Below are positions 37,341-47,096 of a stretch of 64,000 nt of DNA, piece after piece. Source of the stretch: Candidatus Magasanikiibacteriota bacterium (GTDB lineage Bacteria; Patescibacteriota; Patescibacteriia; Magasanikbacterales; 2-02-FULL-50-9b); assembly GCA_943355025.1 (NCBI GenBank), contig CALRDW010000003.1, positions 7,680 through 71,679 of the forward strand, written 5' to 3'. Under the pieces are notes generated by a model. That model made no database searches. It was given only the letters and a program-made list of their open reading frames with translations, and was not told the DNA's origin. How positions within the stretch are numbered: position 1 is the stretch's first letter; each line of letters starts with the position of its first letter. A program made the translations under genes and the position numbers.

Positions 37341-38369
37341 ATGCCTGTTGATCCTTTTGAAATGTACCCACTTGAGCCACAGCCCGAAGAGCACAAAAAA
37401 GAATCTTTAAAATTTCAACCAAAGGATGAATTTTATTTTGATCATGCAGCCGCACTTAAGCATTCCGCAGAATGGAGTTTGAATGAATTACCGAAACAAT
37501 ATAAAAAGAATACTGAAATTTTGGATGAGCTTGGATTACTCGAGAATTCTAAGGGAGAGCGAGCAATTAAAAGCGTTGATGGTAAGACGTATTCATATCC
37601 TACCGTAGAAAACATACAGAAGTATTTTGAGAGCATGCCAAACATTGAGATGAAGCATGCTCAGGGTTTTAACCGATTGCTGATTGTTCCGTTCGGGTTG
37701 CCAATTGAAAAAATAGGAGAAGCAGTTAGTAAAAATTTAATACATGGAATACGTTCTGGCAGGTACCTTACTGCAAATGGAGAATCTTTCCGTGGTGACG
37801 CAGACGAGGACATGATTATGATTGCCCGCTCCATTTTGGGAGAACGAGGCTGGGGAGATCTTAAATATTATCCAGACTCGTTTGATCAAAAAAAAGATTC
37901 AGGTAAAACAAAATTGGAAATTTTGGGTGGAGGTTCTTCGGTTCAACCATTTCCAGGGTTTCATGTGCTTTTGTTGCCTGAAACAATTGAAATGCCAAAA
38001 GAGGGAGAGGGCAAAACAGTGGCGGGTCGAAAGCAATTTGAATGCGGAATGAGTGCTGAAGATGTTTTAGAATCTTTAAAGACAGACCCTGCATTCAAGC
38101 TTGAATGTGGTTTAACTATTGAAGATTGGCTTTTGTTTTTAGCGGCAGAGACTCGTAGTACAGGACGCTTACCTGGGTGTGCTAATGACACAGATTTTTT
38201 TGATGTAAGCGATCTGCCGCCATCAGCAATATTGTTGGGTAATTTAATTGGAAAAACTGACATAACGGTGTGGGCTGGGTGGTACCCTAGACACCAAACG
38301 TACGGGGTCGGGCATCTTGATGCTGATGATGGTCATGACAAGCTTTGCGCAATGACGGCTGTTAAATAA
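37341..38369 (+). CDS. paralog E of the unknown-function family (divergent N-terminus MPVDPFEMYPLEP)
   Basis: shares GFNRLLIVPFG, QPFPGFHVLLLPETIEMPKEGEGKTVAGRKQFECG, EDWLLFLAAE and C-terminal TAVK with paralogs A and B; no upstream hairpin module, but TGTGATATACT and palindrome AGTCTAAACTAGACT at 37301-37325. Confidence 0.7.
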   Translation: MPVDPFEMYPLEPQPEEHKKESLKFQPKDEFYFDHAAALKHSAEWSLNELPKQYKKNTEILDELGLLENSKGERAIKSVDGKTYSYPTVENIQKYFESMPNIEMKHAQGFNRLLIVPFGLPIEKIGEAVSKNLIHGIRSGRYLTANGESFRGDADEDMIMIARSILGERGWGDLKYYPDSFDQKKDSGKTKLEILGGGSSVQPFPGFHVLLLPETIEMPKEGEGKTVAGRKQFECGMSAEDVLESLKTDPAFKLECGLTIEDWLLFLAAETRSTGRLPGCANDTDFFDVSDLPPSAILLGNLIGKTDITVWAGWYPRHQTYGVGHLDADDGHDKLCAMTAVK

Positions 38370-38380
38370 TCAGCGCATTT

Positions 38381-38836
38381 TTAATAATCGTATTTCCCTT
38401 TTTCGCGCATGATGACGCGGTAGAGTTGTTCGAGGAGGAGTGCACGCGTCATGTGGTGGGTAAAAGTGAGTGGAGAAAGCGAGAGAAGTTCGTTTGCGCG
38501 TTCGAGAATTGATGCGTCGAGCCCGAGTGGGCCGCCAATAATAAAAATAACTTCTTGTTTGCGACGCCAGATTTCGAGCGACTCGGCGAATTTTTTTGTT
38601 GTTGGGGTTTTTGAATCAGGATGGAGCGCGATTACGTATGCCCCCGGCTTCATATATTTAACAACGAGCGCAGCCTCTTGGTGTTTGATGTGGTCCGCCG
38701 TCTCATTTTTCGACAGGGGGACCTCCGCAATTTCAATCACACGCACCGGCAGGTATGGTCCGAGGCGCGTTATATATTGCTCAGCGATTGCACGCCAGGC
38801 ATCTTTAAGCTTGCCGATTGAAATGATGGTAAACAT
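38381..38836 (-). CDS. rlmH: 23S rRNA (pseudouridine1915-N3)-methyltransferase RlmH
   Basis: SPOUT-class RlmH-like sequence (MFTIISIGKLKD...IFIIGGPLGL...LSLSPLTFTH). Confidence 0.8.
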   Translation of the reverse strand: MFTIISIGKLKDAWRAIAEQYITRLGPYLPVRVIEIAEVPLSKNETADHIKHQEAALVVKYMKPGAYVIALHPDSKTPTTKKFAESLEIWRRKQEVIFIIGGPLGLDASILERANELLSLSPLTFTHHMTRALLLEQLYRVIMREKGKYDY

Positions 38837-38956
38837 GTGTCCATCATAACACATGCCTTGACAAATCGGTGTGTTTGCCGTAGTGTAAGGAGCTGTAATC
38901 CCAGGGTGGGATACAGTAGTTTACCAATCGAATCGAGTTAAAAGTTGGAGGATACC

Positions 38957-40378
38957 ATGGGACGATCAAAACGTGGGCGCGCTGAATTGCGCGCCGCACA
39001 GCGGCAAGGCATTGCTGCTCCGAAACGTGGTGGAAACGCTGAGCGCGTGAATAAAGTGAGCCGTGTTGCGCAAGCTGCAAATAAACCGGAAGAGCTCGAG
39101 ATGCACATGGAGCCGCCAGTGCCGCAGAAGCCGACGTTTCATCTTGTCTTGGACAAGGCGGATGATGGCTCGTCGAACATGCTTTTTCGTTGGTGTTTGG
39201 CACCGGACACGCCGAAGCAGCTCCGCGAGAAAGAGGTTCTCGCGCCGTATCTGTTTGTGGCGTACGGTGAGTGGAATGAAAGCCTCGGCTGCTTCCGCCG
39301 CCATTCAGAAGAGCGCAAACTGATTCCTCTGTCCGAAGGTCACGGTCTCATCCAGTTTCATCGGCCCGGCAAACAGACGATCATGGCAACGATCGTCTGG
39401 GCATCGACGCCCGAAGGAACTGAGCGCAAATCGCGCATCAAGTTGCACAATGATCTGCTCAACCGCGCCGCTAAGTACTGGACCTTCTCTAGTTTTAGAG
39501 AAAACAACGAGGGCCAAGGACAGATTGAATTTGCGCTGGAGGGGGCTATTCATTCGTTCGGTCCAGTGGTAATCGAGCACAAACGCGTTGATGAATCGAG
39601 TTTTGCCGCGGAGCCGCCGGCTTGGCTTAAATGGTGGGTCAACCTGTGGCACGAGGACAGGCCGCGCAACGAGTGTAATTTTCGGGGGCGTCTTGGTCTC
39701 TCATTCCTTAAGTGGATTCCTGTCTTGGTGTTTCTCATCTGCCGAACAGTGTTCGGTATTTGCGCGGGGACATTCGCGTTTCTCTGTGGTCGTCGGACCC
39801 ATTTCAGCGTCATCATTCATCCATTTGACTTGGATGTTGGTGATATCGGACCATTCGGTAAATACAACTGGAATGATGTCAATAACAATTGGGTGCGCAT
39901 GACGAAGCGCGACGGTGACGAAGATCGGTATTATCAGACTGTTGCGCCGGGTATGGCTGTCCTGCTCACGCCGTTAACATGGATCTGCATCGCGGCCGTT
40001 GCAGCGGCCTGGTTATTTGCCGGTCCATCAGACAAAGCGGTGCACACAGTCATAACGCTCCTTGCCATCCTCATTGGGTTTGTTGTGTTTATGCTCTGCA
40101 ACGAGCAGAGCATAAAAGACTGGTCCGATGATCGGAATCGGAATGCTGTTTCTCGGAGAAACCGTGGAGCGGCGAATAACGAGGATCCAGAAAAAGATCC
40201 GGCGTTCATGCGCGCGCTCGACGACTATTACGCGCGACGAGTTGCGCCGCTTGCATGCGCGGTTGGCGAGCCTGAAGGCGATGCATCGTTTGCATCCCTG
40301 CCGCCGTCGCATCAAACCCTTTCGGCGCGGTTCCAGGAATTCAAACCGAAAGTCTGCAAACCGTTTCGTCTTGGTTAA
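38957..40378 (+). CDS. hypothetical membrane protein (GC-rich)
   Basis: GGAGGA SD then ATG 38957; basic N-terminus, 3-4 TM helices centrally; no recognised domain. Confidence 0.45.
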   Translation: MGRSKRGRAELRAAQRQGIAAPKRGGNAERVNKVSRVAQAANKPEELEMHMEPPVPQKPTFHLVLDKADDGSSNMLFRWCLAPDTPKQLREKEVLAPYLFVAYGEWNESLGCFRRHSEERKLIPLSEGHGLIQFHRPGKQTIMATIVWASTPEGTERKSRIKLHNDLLNRAAKYWTFSSFRENNEGQGQIEFALEGAIHSFGPVVIEHKRVDESSFAAEPPAWLKWWVNLWHEDRPRNECNFRGRLGLSFLKWIPVLVFLICRTVFGICAGTFAFLCGRRTHFSVIIHPFDLDVGDIGPFGKYNWNDVNNNWVRMTKRDGDEDRYYQTVAPGMAVLLTPLTWICIAAVAAAWLFAGPSDKAVHTVITLLAILIGFVVFMLCNEQSIKDWSDDRNRNAVSRRNRGAANNEDPEKDPAFMRALDDYYARRVAPLACAVGEPEGDASFASLPPSHQTLSARFQEFKPKVCKPFRLG

Positions 40379-40492
40379 TAGTCGAATTGCCACACACGTC
40401 TGGCCCGTTGCTCACACATAGCATGGGACAGACGGTGTGGCTTTTATTTTTTAGTTTGACACCATGTTTAACTTAAGATAAACTTTAAATCT

Positions 40493-40717
40493 ATGAAAGA
40501 TACAATTATAGGGTTTAAAGAATTGCGTGAGAATGCTGATAAATATATTTCTGCCATTGAGAAAGGTAAACGATTTTTAGTCATGCGACGTTCAAAGCCA
40601 GTGTTTACAATAGCATCACCCGATGAAAGTACTGAGCTGTGGGAGACTGTTGCCGATTTTACAAAAATTCGTCGGGGCGGCATCCTCCTCGAGGATCTTT
40701 TGAAAAGACTCGTGTGA
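40493..40717 (+). CDS. Phd/YefM-family antitoxin-like protein
   Basis: 74 aa; short alpha/beta antitoxin-like sequence; stop overlaps the next gene start (GTGTGA). Confidence 0.5.
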   Translation: MKDTIIGFKELRENADKYISAIEKGKRFLVMRRSKPVFTIASPDESTELWETVADFTKIRRGGILLEDLLKRLV

Positions 40718-40962
40718 CAGACCGAATTGAGAAGTTGCTTTTAAAATTGTCTGAAGGCGATCGAGCTAAACTTCGTGCAGTGTTTATACGAATTCGTGCA
40801 CGAAAGTTTGTCGGACTTGATTTACGTAAGCTCAAAGGCCATGAGCAGATCTACCGTGTCCGTGCTGGGGCTATCCGTAGCATCTTTCGCATTGATGAAA
40901 CGGCTGATGCTGTATATATAATTTCAGTGGAACGTCGGAGTGATACCACCCATAATCTTTGA
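40714..40962 (+). CDS. RelE/ParE-family toxin (GTG start inferred)
   Basis: ...KGHEQIYRVRAGAIRSIFRIDETADAVYIISVERRSDTT matches the RelE/ParE C-terminal pattern. Confidence 0.55.
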   Translation: MTDRIEKLLLKLSEGDRAKLRAVFIRIRARKFVGLDLRKLKGHEQIYRVRAGAIRSIFRIDETADAVYIISVERRSDTTHNL

Positions 40963-40965
40963 TGT

Positions 40966-42333
40966 ATGAAAATAAATAATCGATTTTTTGATCAACGTAT
41001 AGCGGTTCTTGGTTTTGGTATTGAAGGGCAAAGTGCTGCGGATTTTTTTATTGAGCAGGGCGCGTATGTTGCGGTGTGGGATGCAAAGAGCGCTGAGTCA
41101 TTTGATACTGATGTGCGTGCGAAGTATGAGGAGGCTGGAATTTTGTTTGACTGCGGCAGCGCACGTTTGGGCGGCGAATTCGATTTCGCGGTTCGCTCGC
41201 CGGGAATTTCGGTGCATGCAGCTGTTCTCGTGGATTTGCGCGCACGCGGCGTTCGCATTACTTCCGCAACGCAGATTTTTTTTGATGAATGTTCGGGCCG
41301 CACGATCGGTATTACGGGCACAAAAGGTAAAGGCACAACATCAACACTTATATACGAGTTGCTTCGCGCGGCCGGCGTTCCAACCGTGCTTGGTGGAAAT
41401 ATAGGGACACCGATGTTGTCGCTTCTACCACAGATTACGGATGACACAATTGCGGTCCTCGAGCTTTCAAGTTTTCAGCTGCAGGATTTAACGCGCAGCC
41501 CGCACATCGCTGTCGTCCTCATGACAACGAGTGATCATTTAGATGTACACGCGGACGAGGCGGAATATGTTGCAGCAAAAGCAGCAATTACGAAGTTTCA
41601 GACTGAACACGATGTGCTTGTCGTAAATTCGGATTATCCAAACTCGCGCGCGATTGCAGAAAGCTCACTTGCGCAGCGAGTATTTGTGAGCGCACACGAG
41701 CGCGTTGACGGGTGCTATGCAGATGATGAGTCGGTCGTGTGGACGGGCGAGGGTGAGAACGAAATTATTGCGGCGACTTCCGACGTCGTGCTTCCAGGCC
41801 GGCACAATTTAGAAAATGTGTGCGCTGCTGTTGCGGTTGCAAAAATGCTGCACATTTCTGACGAGTGTATTGTGGGCGTGCTTCGCGCATTTCACGGACT
41901 CGAACATCGGTTAGAATTAGTTCGCGAAGTTCGCGGCGTTCGTTATTATAATGATTCTTTCGCAACAAACCCCGCAAGTACAATCGCCGCAATTCGCGCA
42001 TTCGACGCACCCAAAATTTTAATTCTTGGCGGCTCCCCAAAGGGGACGGACTTCAGTGAACTTGCGACCGTGATTGTCGAGTCGAATATTCGAGCAATCG
42101 TTGGCATTGGTGAGGAATGGCTGCGCATCAAAGCCGCGCTTGAGGATGCGGGCGCGCGGGGAATTATATACCTCGAAGGCTGTACAACTGCACCTGAAAT
42201 GGTTGCTGCAGCAGCGCGCGTTGCTGAACACGGCGATGTGGTTTTGATGTCTCCTGCCTGCGCGAGTTTTGGGCTTTTTAACAATTATAAAGAGCGGGGA
42301 TATTTGTTTAAGGACGCTGTATTGCACTTATAA
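40966..42333 (+). CDS. murD: UDP-N-acetylmuramoylalanine--D-glutamate ligase
   Basis: IAVLGFGIEGQS...GITGTKGKGTTSTLIYELL Mur ligase motifs, MurD-like order of domains. Confidence 0.85.
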   Translation: MKINNRFFDQRIAVLGFGIEGQSAADFFIEQGAYVAVWDAKSAESFDTDVRAKYEEAGILFDCGSARLGGEFDFAVRSPGISVHAAVLVDLRARGVRITSATQIFFDECSGRTIGITGTKGKGTTSTLIYELLRAAGVPTVLGGNIGTPMLSLLPQITDDTIAVLELSSFQLQDLTRSPHIAVVLMTTSDHLDVHADEAEYVAAKAAITKFQTEHDVLVVNSDYPNSRAIAESSLAQRVFVSAHERVDGCYADDESVVWTGEGENEIIAATSDVVLPGRHNLENVCAAVAVAKMLHISDECIVGVLRAFHGLEHRLELVREVRGVRYYNDSFATNPASTIAAIRAFDAPKILILGGSPKGTDFSELATVIVESNIRAIVGIGEEWLRIKAALEDAGARGIIYLEGCTTAPEMVAAAARVAEHGDVVLMSPACASFGLFNNYKERGYLFKDAVLHL

Positions 42334-42388
42334 TTTGGGCGAATTCGTTGTCAAACTGTCTATATTTTTTATCCACATCTTATACCCC

Positions 42389-42417
42389 TTGACAAACCTT
42401 TTTGCTCCGTATAGAAT
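42389..42417 (+). promoter_or_regulatory. sigma70-like promoter of the 23S-5S operon (TTGACA-17-TAGAAT)
   Basis: -35 TTGACA 42389-42394, 17-nt spacer, -10 TAGAAT 42412-42417, about 275 nt upstream of mature 23S. Confidence 0.55.
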
Positions 42418-43265
42418 GCATTCACTCTCAATTAAAGAATTACCATGTACGCTTAGCCGAAAGGCTCGTACCTCTGGGCCGTTAGTAGCGGCCTTTTTGC
42501 TTCTTAAATGGGGCACGAAGTTTGGCAGAACAATGAGTGGAGAGTATCTGAACTTTAACAACTGAAGATTACGAAGGTAAAGGCAAATAATAGAACCATT
42601 GCAATTAAGCAAATAATAAAAACGTAAGTAAGTAGTGTAAAAACACAATGTACGTGAAGCTTTCCAAGCGCATAAACACCGTCTTGGTGCTTCAATGTAA
42701 GAGCGTACAATAAGGGTGTGTGGTGGATGCCTTGCTAAATATAGCTGAAGAAGGACGCTGTAGCGAGCGAAAACTACGAGAAGGTCGCAAACAACCTCTG
42801 ATCCGTAGGTCTCCGAATGGGGAAACCCACTTCGATGAGAGTCGAAGTATCCTGCAGTGAATACATAGCTGCTGGAAAGTTACCCGGGGAAGTGAAACAT
42901 CTCAGTACCCGGAGGAATATAAATCAAATGAGATTCCCAGAGTAGTGGCGAGCGAAATGGGAACAGACCAAACGTACAATCCACGAACGGAATGAAAGGT
43001 CGTCTTCGGACGTATCATGAATTCCGGGAAAGGTGTAGGCCGATGTGTTGTACGGGTTGTGGGATGATACTTGAGAGGACCTACAAACTCTCGGTCAGAA
43101 CTGTGTTATAGGAAAATAGGCTGGAAAGCCTAACCAAAGAGGGTGATAGTCCCGTATTCGAAATGACATTAGTTCGGCTTGTATCGTTCCCGAGTAGGGC
43201 AGGACACGTGAAATCCTGTCTGAAGCTGGGACGACTATGTTCCAAGTCTAAATACTATATTTAAG

Positions 43266-43302
<37 letters not shown>

Positions 43303-43887
43303 CAGCCCGAAAGGGCGATGAAATAGTTTCTGAAACCACGCACTTACAAGGAGTCGGAGCCCAAGCGCGCGTAAGCGAAATGCCGGGTGACGGCGTGCCT
43401 ATTGAAGAATGAGCCAACGAGTCAGTTGACCGTCGCAGGTTAAGGTCCTATGGACCGGAGCCACAGTGAAAGCAAGGATTAATAGTCCGTTTGTGGCGGC
43501 GACTGTACCCGAAACGGGGTGAGCGACCCATGACCAGGTTGAATGTTTTGGAAACAAAACAGGAGGACCGAACCAACCAGCTGTGCAAAACTGGTGGATG
43601 AGTTGTGGGTAGCGGAGAAATTCCAATCGAACCCCGTGATAGCTGGTTCTCCTCGAAACATCTTTAGGGATGGCCTCGTATGTTCCCACCGGAGGTAGAG
43701 CACTGAATGAAAACAGGGGCGCAAGTCTACTTTTTTCAACCAAACTCCGAATGCCGGTGATTAAAAATACGGGAGTCAGACAGTGGGGGCTAAGCTTCAT
43801 TGTCTAAAGGGAAACAGCCCAGACCATCAACTAAGGTCCCAAAATCAATGCTCAGTGTGAAAAGTGGTGATGTAGCTTTGACAACCA

Positions 43888-43919
<32 letters not shown>

Positions 43920-44708
43920 GAAAGCGTAACAGCTCACTGGTCGAGCCGCATCGCGCTGAAAATATACCGGGGCTTAAGCATTGTACCGAAGTTATGGATT
44001 GTATTCGGATCCGTCTGAATACAGTGGTAGAGGAGCGTTCCGTCCAGCAGTGAAGTCGGACCCGCGAGGGCCGGTGGAGCGGACGGAAGTGAGAATGTTG
44101 GCATAAGTAGCAGAAACGGGTGTGAGAATCACCCGCACCGTAAAACCAAGGTTTCCTGGGCAACGCGAATCGTCCCAGGGTAAGTCGATCCTAAGCTCAG
44201 GCCGAAAGGCGTAGGCGATGGAAGAGCAGGTTAATATTCCTGCACTATGATAGTGGAGTTCTATATGTGCGCATTTTTGAGATGTGAGCGGTATTTGGTT
44301 ATGGCCGTTGCGCAAGCACGAGATGAAGTCTTCGGATGGAATCAAGTTGGGTTGAAGAAGTGCCAAGAAAAGCATATAGCGCGTTGAAGCTGTCGTATCC
44401 GTACCGGAAACCGACACAGGTGGTTGGGCATGAATATGCCAAGGTGTACGAGAGAACCCTCGTTTAGGAACTAGGCAAAAAAGTAGGCGTAACTTCGGGA
44501 TAAGCCTTCCCTCTCGCAAGAGAGGGCGCAGCGAAAGACATCAGGCGACTGTTTATCTAAAACACAGCTCCATGCGAAACCGTAAGGTGATGTATATGGG
44601 GTGATGCCTGGCCAGTGTCCGAATGTTAAGGGGAGAGGTTAGCCGCAAGGCGAAGCTTTGATCCGAAGCACGGATGAACGCCGGCCGTAACTATAACGGT
44701 CCTAAGGT

Positions 44709-45419
44709 GAATAAAAGCTGCCTTAGTAAAATTCGACTAAATGCTGGAACAACTGGAGTATCTTGTGCTCCTAAGGTATAATGTAACCATAGATTATGCC
44801 AAGGAATAATGTACAAGCGTTTCCGAGTAAGGATCGGAAGCCAGTCAATCAGCAGGAAAGACTAGAAATGAGTGGTTGGATAGTAGGATTCACCGATGGT
44901 GAAGGCTGCTTTTCGGTAAGTCTCATAAGAAATACAACAGCCAAAATTGGTTGGCAAGTATTTCCTGAGTTCGTAATCACGCAGGGAGCAAAGAGTCGTG
45001 TAGCACTCGAAGAAATTCAAATTTTTTTCGAATGTGGACGAATCTATGAAAACCGGCGTTACGATAATCACCGAGAGCATCTATTGCGTTATTGTGTGAG
45101 ATCAATTCAAGAGCTTCGAGAACGGATAATTCCTTTTTTTCAGCAACATGAATTGAAAACACACAAAAAGAATGACTTCAAAAAGTTTTGTGAAATAATT
45201 TCTCTTATTGAGAAAAGACATCATTTGACGTATGAAGGAGTTACTAAAATAGCGCAACACATATCAGAAATGAATCGAAAATCAAAACCAAAGTTTCTAG
45301 AATCCTCAGAGACTACACGTCGAACTCTGGACACAGAGATGATATAGTCCGACCTGCATAGCGATATGCAGAAAGTGGTAGAAATACTACTTCGTCCAGA
45401 AATGGATAGTAACATATTG
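44709..45419 (+). mobile_element. group I intron in 23S at the E. coli about 1917 site (between AAGGT and AGCGAAATTCC)
   Basis: exon ends in U, intron ends in G (45419); S-element-like AGATGATATAGTCC near the 3' end; contains the homing endonuclease ORF. Confidence 0.75.
44796..45347 (+). CDS. LAGLIDADG homing endonuclease (intron-encoded)
   Basis: LAGLIDADG motif WIVGFTDGEGCF; 183 aa inside the 23S rRNA. Confidence 0.85.
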   Translation: MPRNNVQAFPSKDRKPVNQQERLEMSGWIVGFTDGEGCFSVSLIRNTTAKIGWQVFPEFVITQGAKSRVALEEIQIFFECGRIYENRRYDNHREHLLRYCVRSIQELRERIIPFFQQHELKTHKKNDFKKFCEIISLIEKRHHLTYEGVTKIAQHISEMNRKSKPKFLESSETTRRTLDTEMI

Positions 45420-45819
45420 AGCGAAATTCCTTGTCAGGTGAGTTCTGACCCGCACGAATGGCATAACGATCTGATGACTGTCTCAACGAGGGACTCGGCG
45501 AAATTGCAAGAGGGGTGAAGATGCCCTTTACCCGTGGTTAGACGAAAAGACCCCATGAAGCTTTACTATAACTTGTCATTGGACATACGTTTCGTATGTT
45601 CAGCGTAGGCGGGAGCCGCAAGGCACCAATGAGACACCGCCCTTACGCTATGTGTGTTCTTGATCCCTGTCCGTGAATCCGGATGGAGAGACAGTGACTG
45701 GTGGGTAGTTTGCCTGGGGCGGGAGCCTCCCAAAAAGTAACGGAGGCGTCTACAAAGGTCAGCTTAGCGCGGATGGAAATCGCGCTGGACGTGTAAACGC
45801 ACAAGCTGGCTTTACTGCA

Positions 45820-45850
<31 letters not shown>

Positions 45851-45968
45851 AGGTTAGTGATCCGACGATCCAACATAGGATGGTCGAAGCTCAACGGATA
45901 AAAGCTACTCTGGGGATAACAGGCTGATCGGGTCCAAGAGTCCATATCGACGACCCGGTTTGGCACCT

Positions 45969-46309
45969 TAACATATCGGGGTGCAAATAGAGTGATTTAT
46001 TTCCAAGTCTTTTCGTCAAAACTAAAATGTTAGATAGTGAGAAACAATAAATTCGGCTTATAACGGAGAACCCGTCAGTGATACGCCCGTATCACCCGGC
46101 AACCCCGTGGGAAGTCGCCTATGAAAGTAGGTTGACCCCGTAACGACTGACCCGAAAGGGGAGAATCTGCGCGCTGTGCGCGGATTAACACGCCGACTCT
46201 TAATACGTCAAACTGAGATTATGCACGTAAACACAGTTAGTGTTTGCAGCTACGATCCAGATTAAGATGAAGATATAGTCTACCCCACAAGAAACTGTGG
46301 AATTATGTA
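45969..46309 (+). mobile_element. second, ORF-less insertion in 23S (probable group I intron at the E. coli about 2500 site, GGCACCU|CGAUGUCGGCUC); boundaries +/- a few nt
   Basis: flanking exon sequence is contiguous in E. coli; contains S-element-like AAGATGAAGATATAGTC (46265-46280); removing both insertions gives about 2.96 kb mature 23S. Confidence 0.55.
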
Positions 46310-46325
46310 CGATGTCGGCTCATCG

Positions 46326-46356
<31 letters not shown>

Positions 46357-46369
46357 TGGCTGTTCGCCA

Positions 46370-46421
<52 letters not shown>

Positions 46422-46814
46422 CTATCTACCACGGGCGTTGAATATTGAGAGGGCTGGTCTTTAGTACGAGAGGACCGAGATCAACGAACCTCTAGTGTAC
46501 CGGTTGTCCCACCAGGGGCAAACGCCGGGTAGCTACGTTCGGCACGGATAAACGCTGAAAGCATCTAAGCGTGAAGCCGTCCTCAAGATTAATATTCGTT
46601 ATAGCTCCCTGGGAGACTACCAGGTTGATAGGCCGGAAGTAGAAGCGTAGTGATACGTGTAGCTGACCGGTACTAATAGAGCGAGTACGACCTTACATTG
46701 AAGCACTCAAACGTTATTGATGTGCTTAAAAATTCGGTAATGGCGACATATTCGTCCATTACCTTCGTAATCAAATCAGTTGAAACGGTTGGAGCAGGGC
46801 TCCCCCGCAGTAAA

Positions 46815-46931
46815 TTGGTGGCTTCAAGTGCAGTGGAAACACCCGTTCCCATTCCGAACACGGTAGTTAAGCACTGCTACGCCGATGATAGTTGGACCTA
46901 ACCCGGTCCCGCGAAAGTAGGCCGCCGCCAG
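46815..46931 (+). rRNA. rrf: 5S ribosomal RNA
   Basis: CCCGTTCCCATTCCGAACACGG...TACGCCGATG...AGTAGG..CGCCGCCAG conserved 5S blocks; T-tract immediately after. Confidence 0.85.
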
Positions 46932-47096
46932 TTTTTTGCGGGGGAGTTTTGTATTTAAAAAAAGGAGTCTCTCGGGCTCCTTTTTTAGTATACCGCTATT
47001 TTTTACCGCTCTCTTCCTTCAAGATGATCACCTGTGCACAAAAAGCCTTGCCGCCCTGGTCTTGTTGGCGTACACTACTCTTTCTATTGAACTTGT

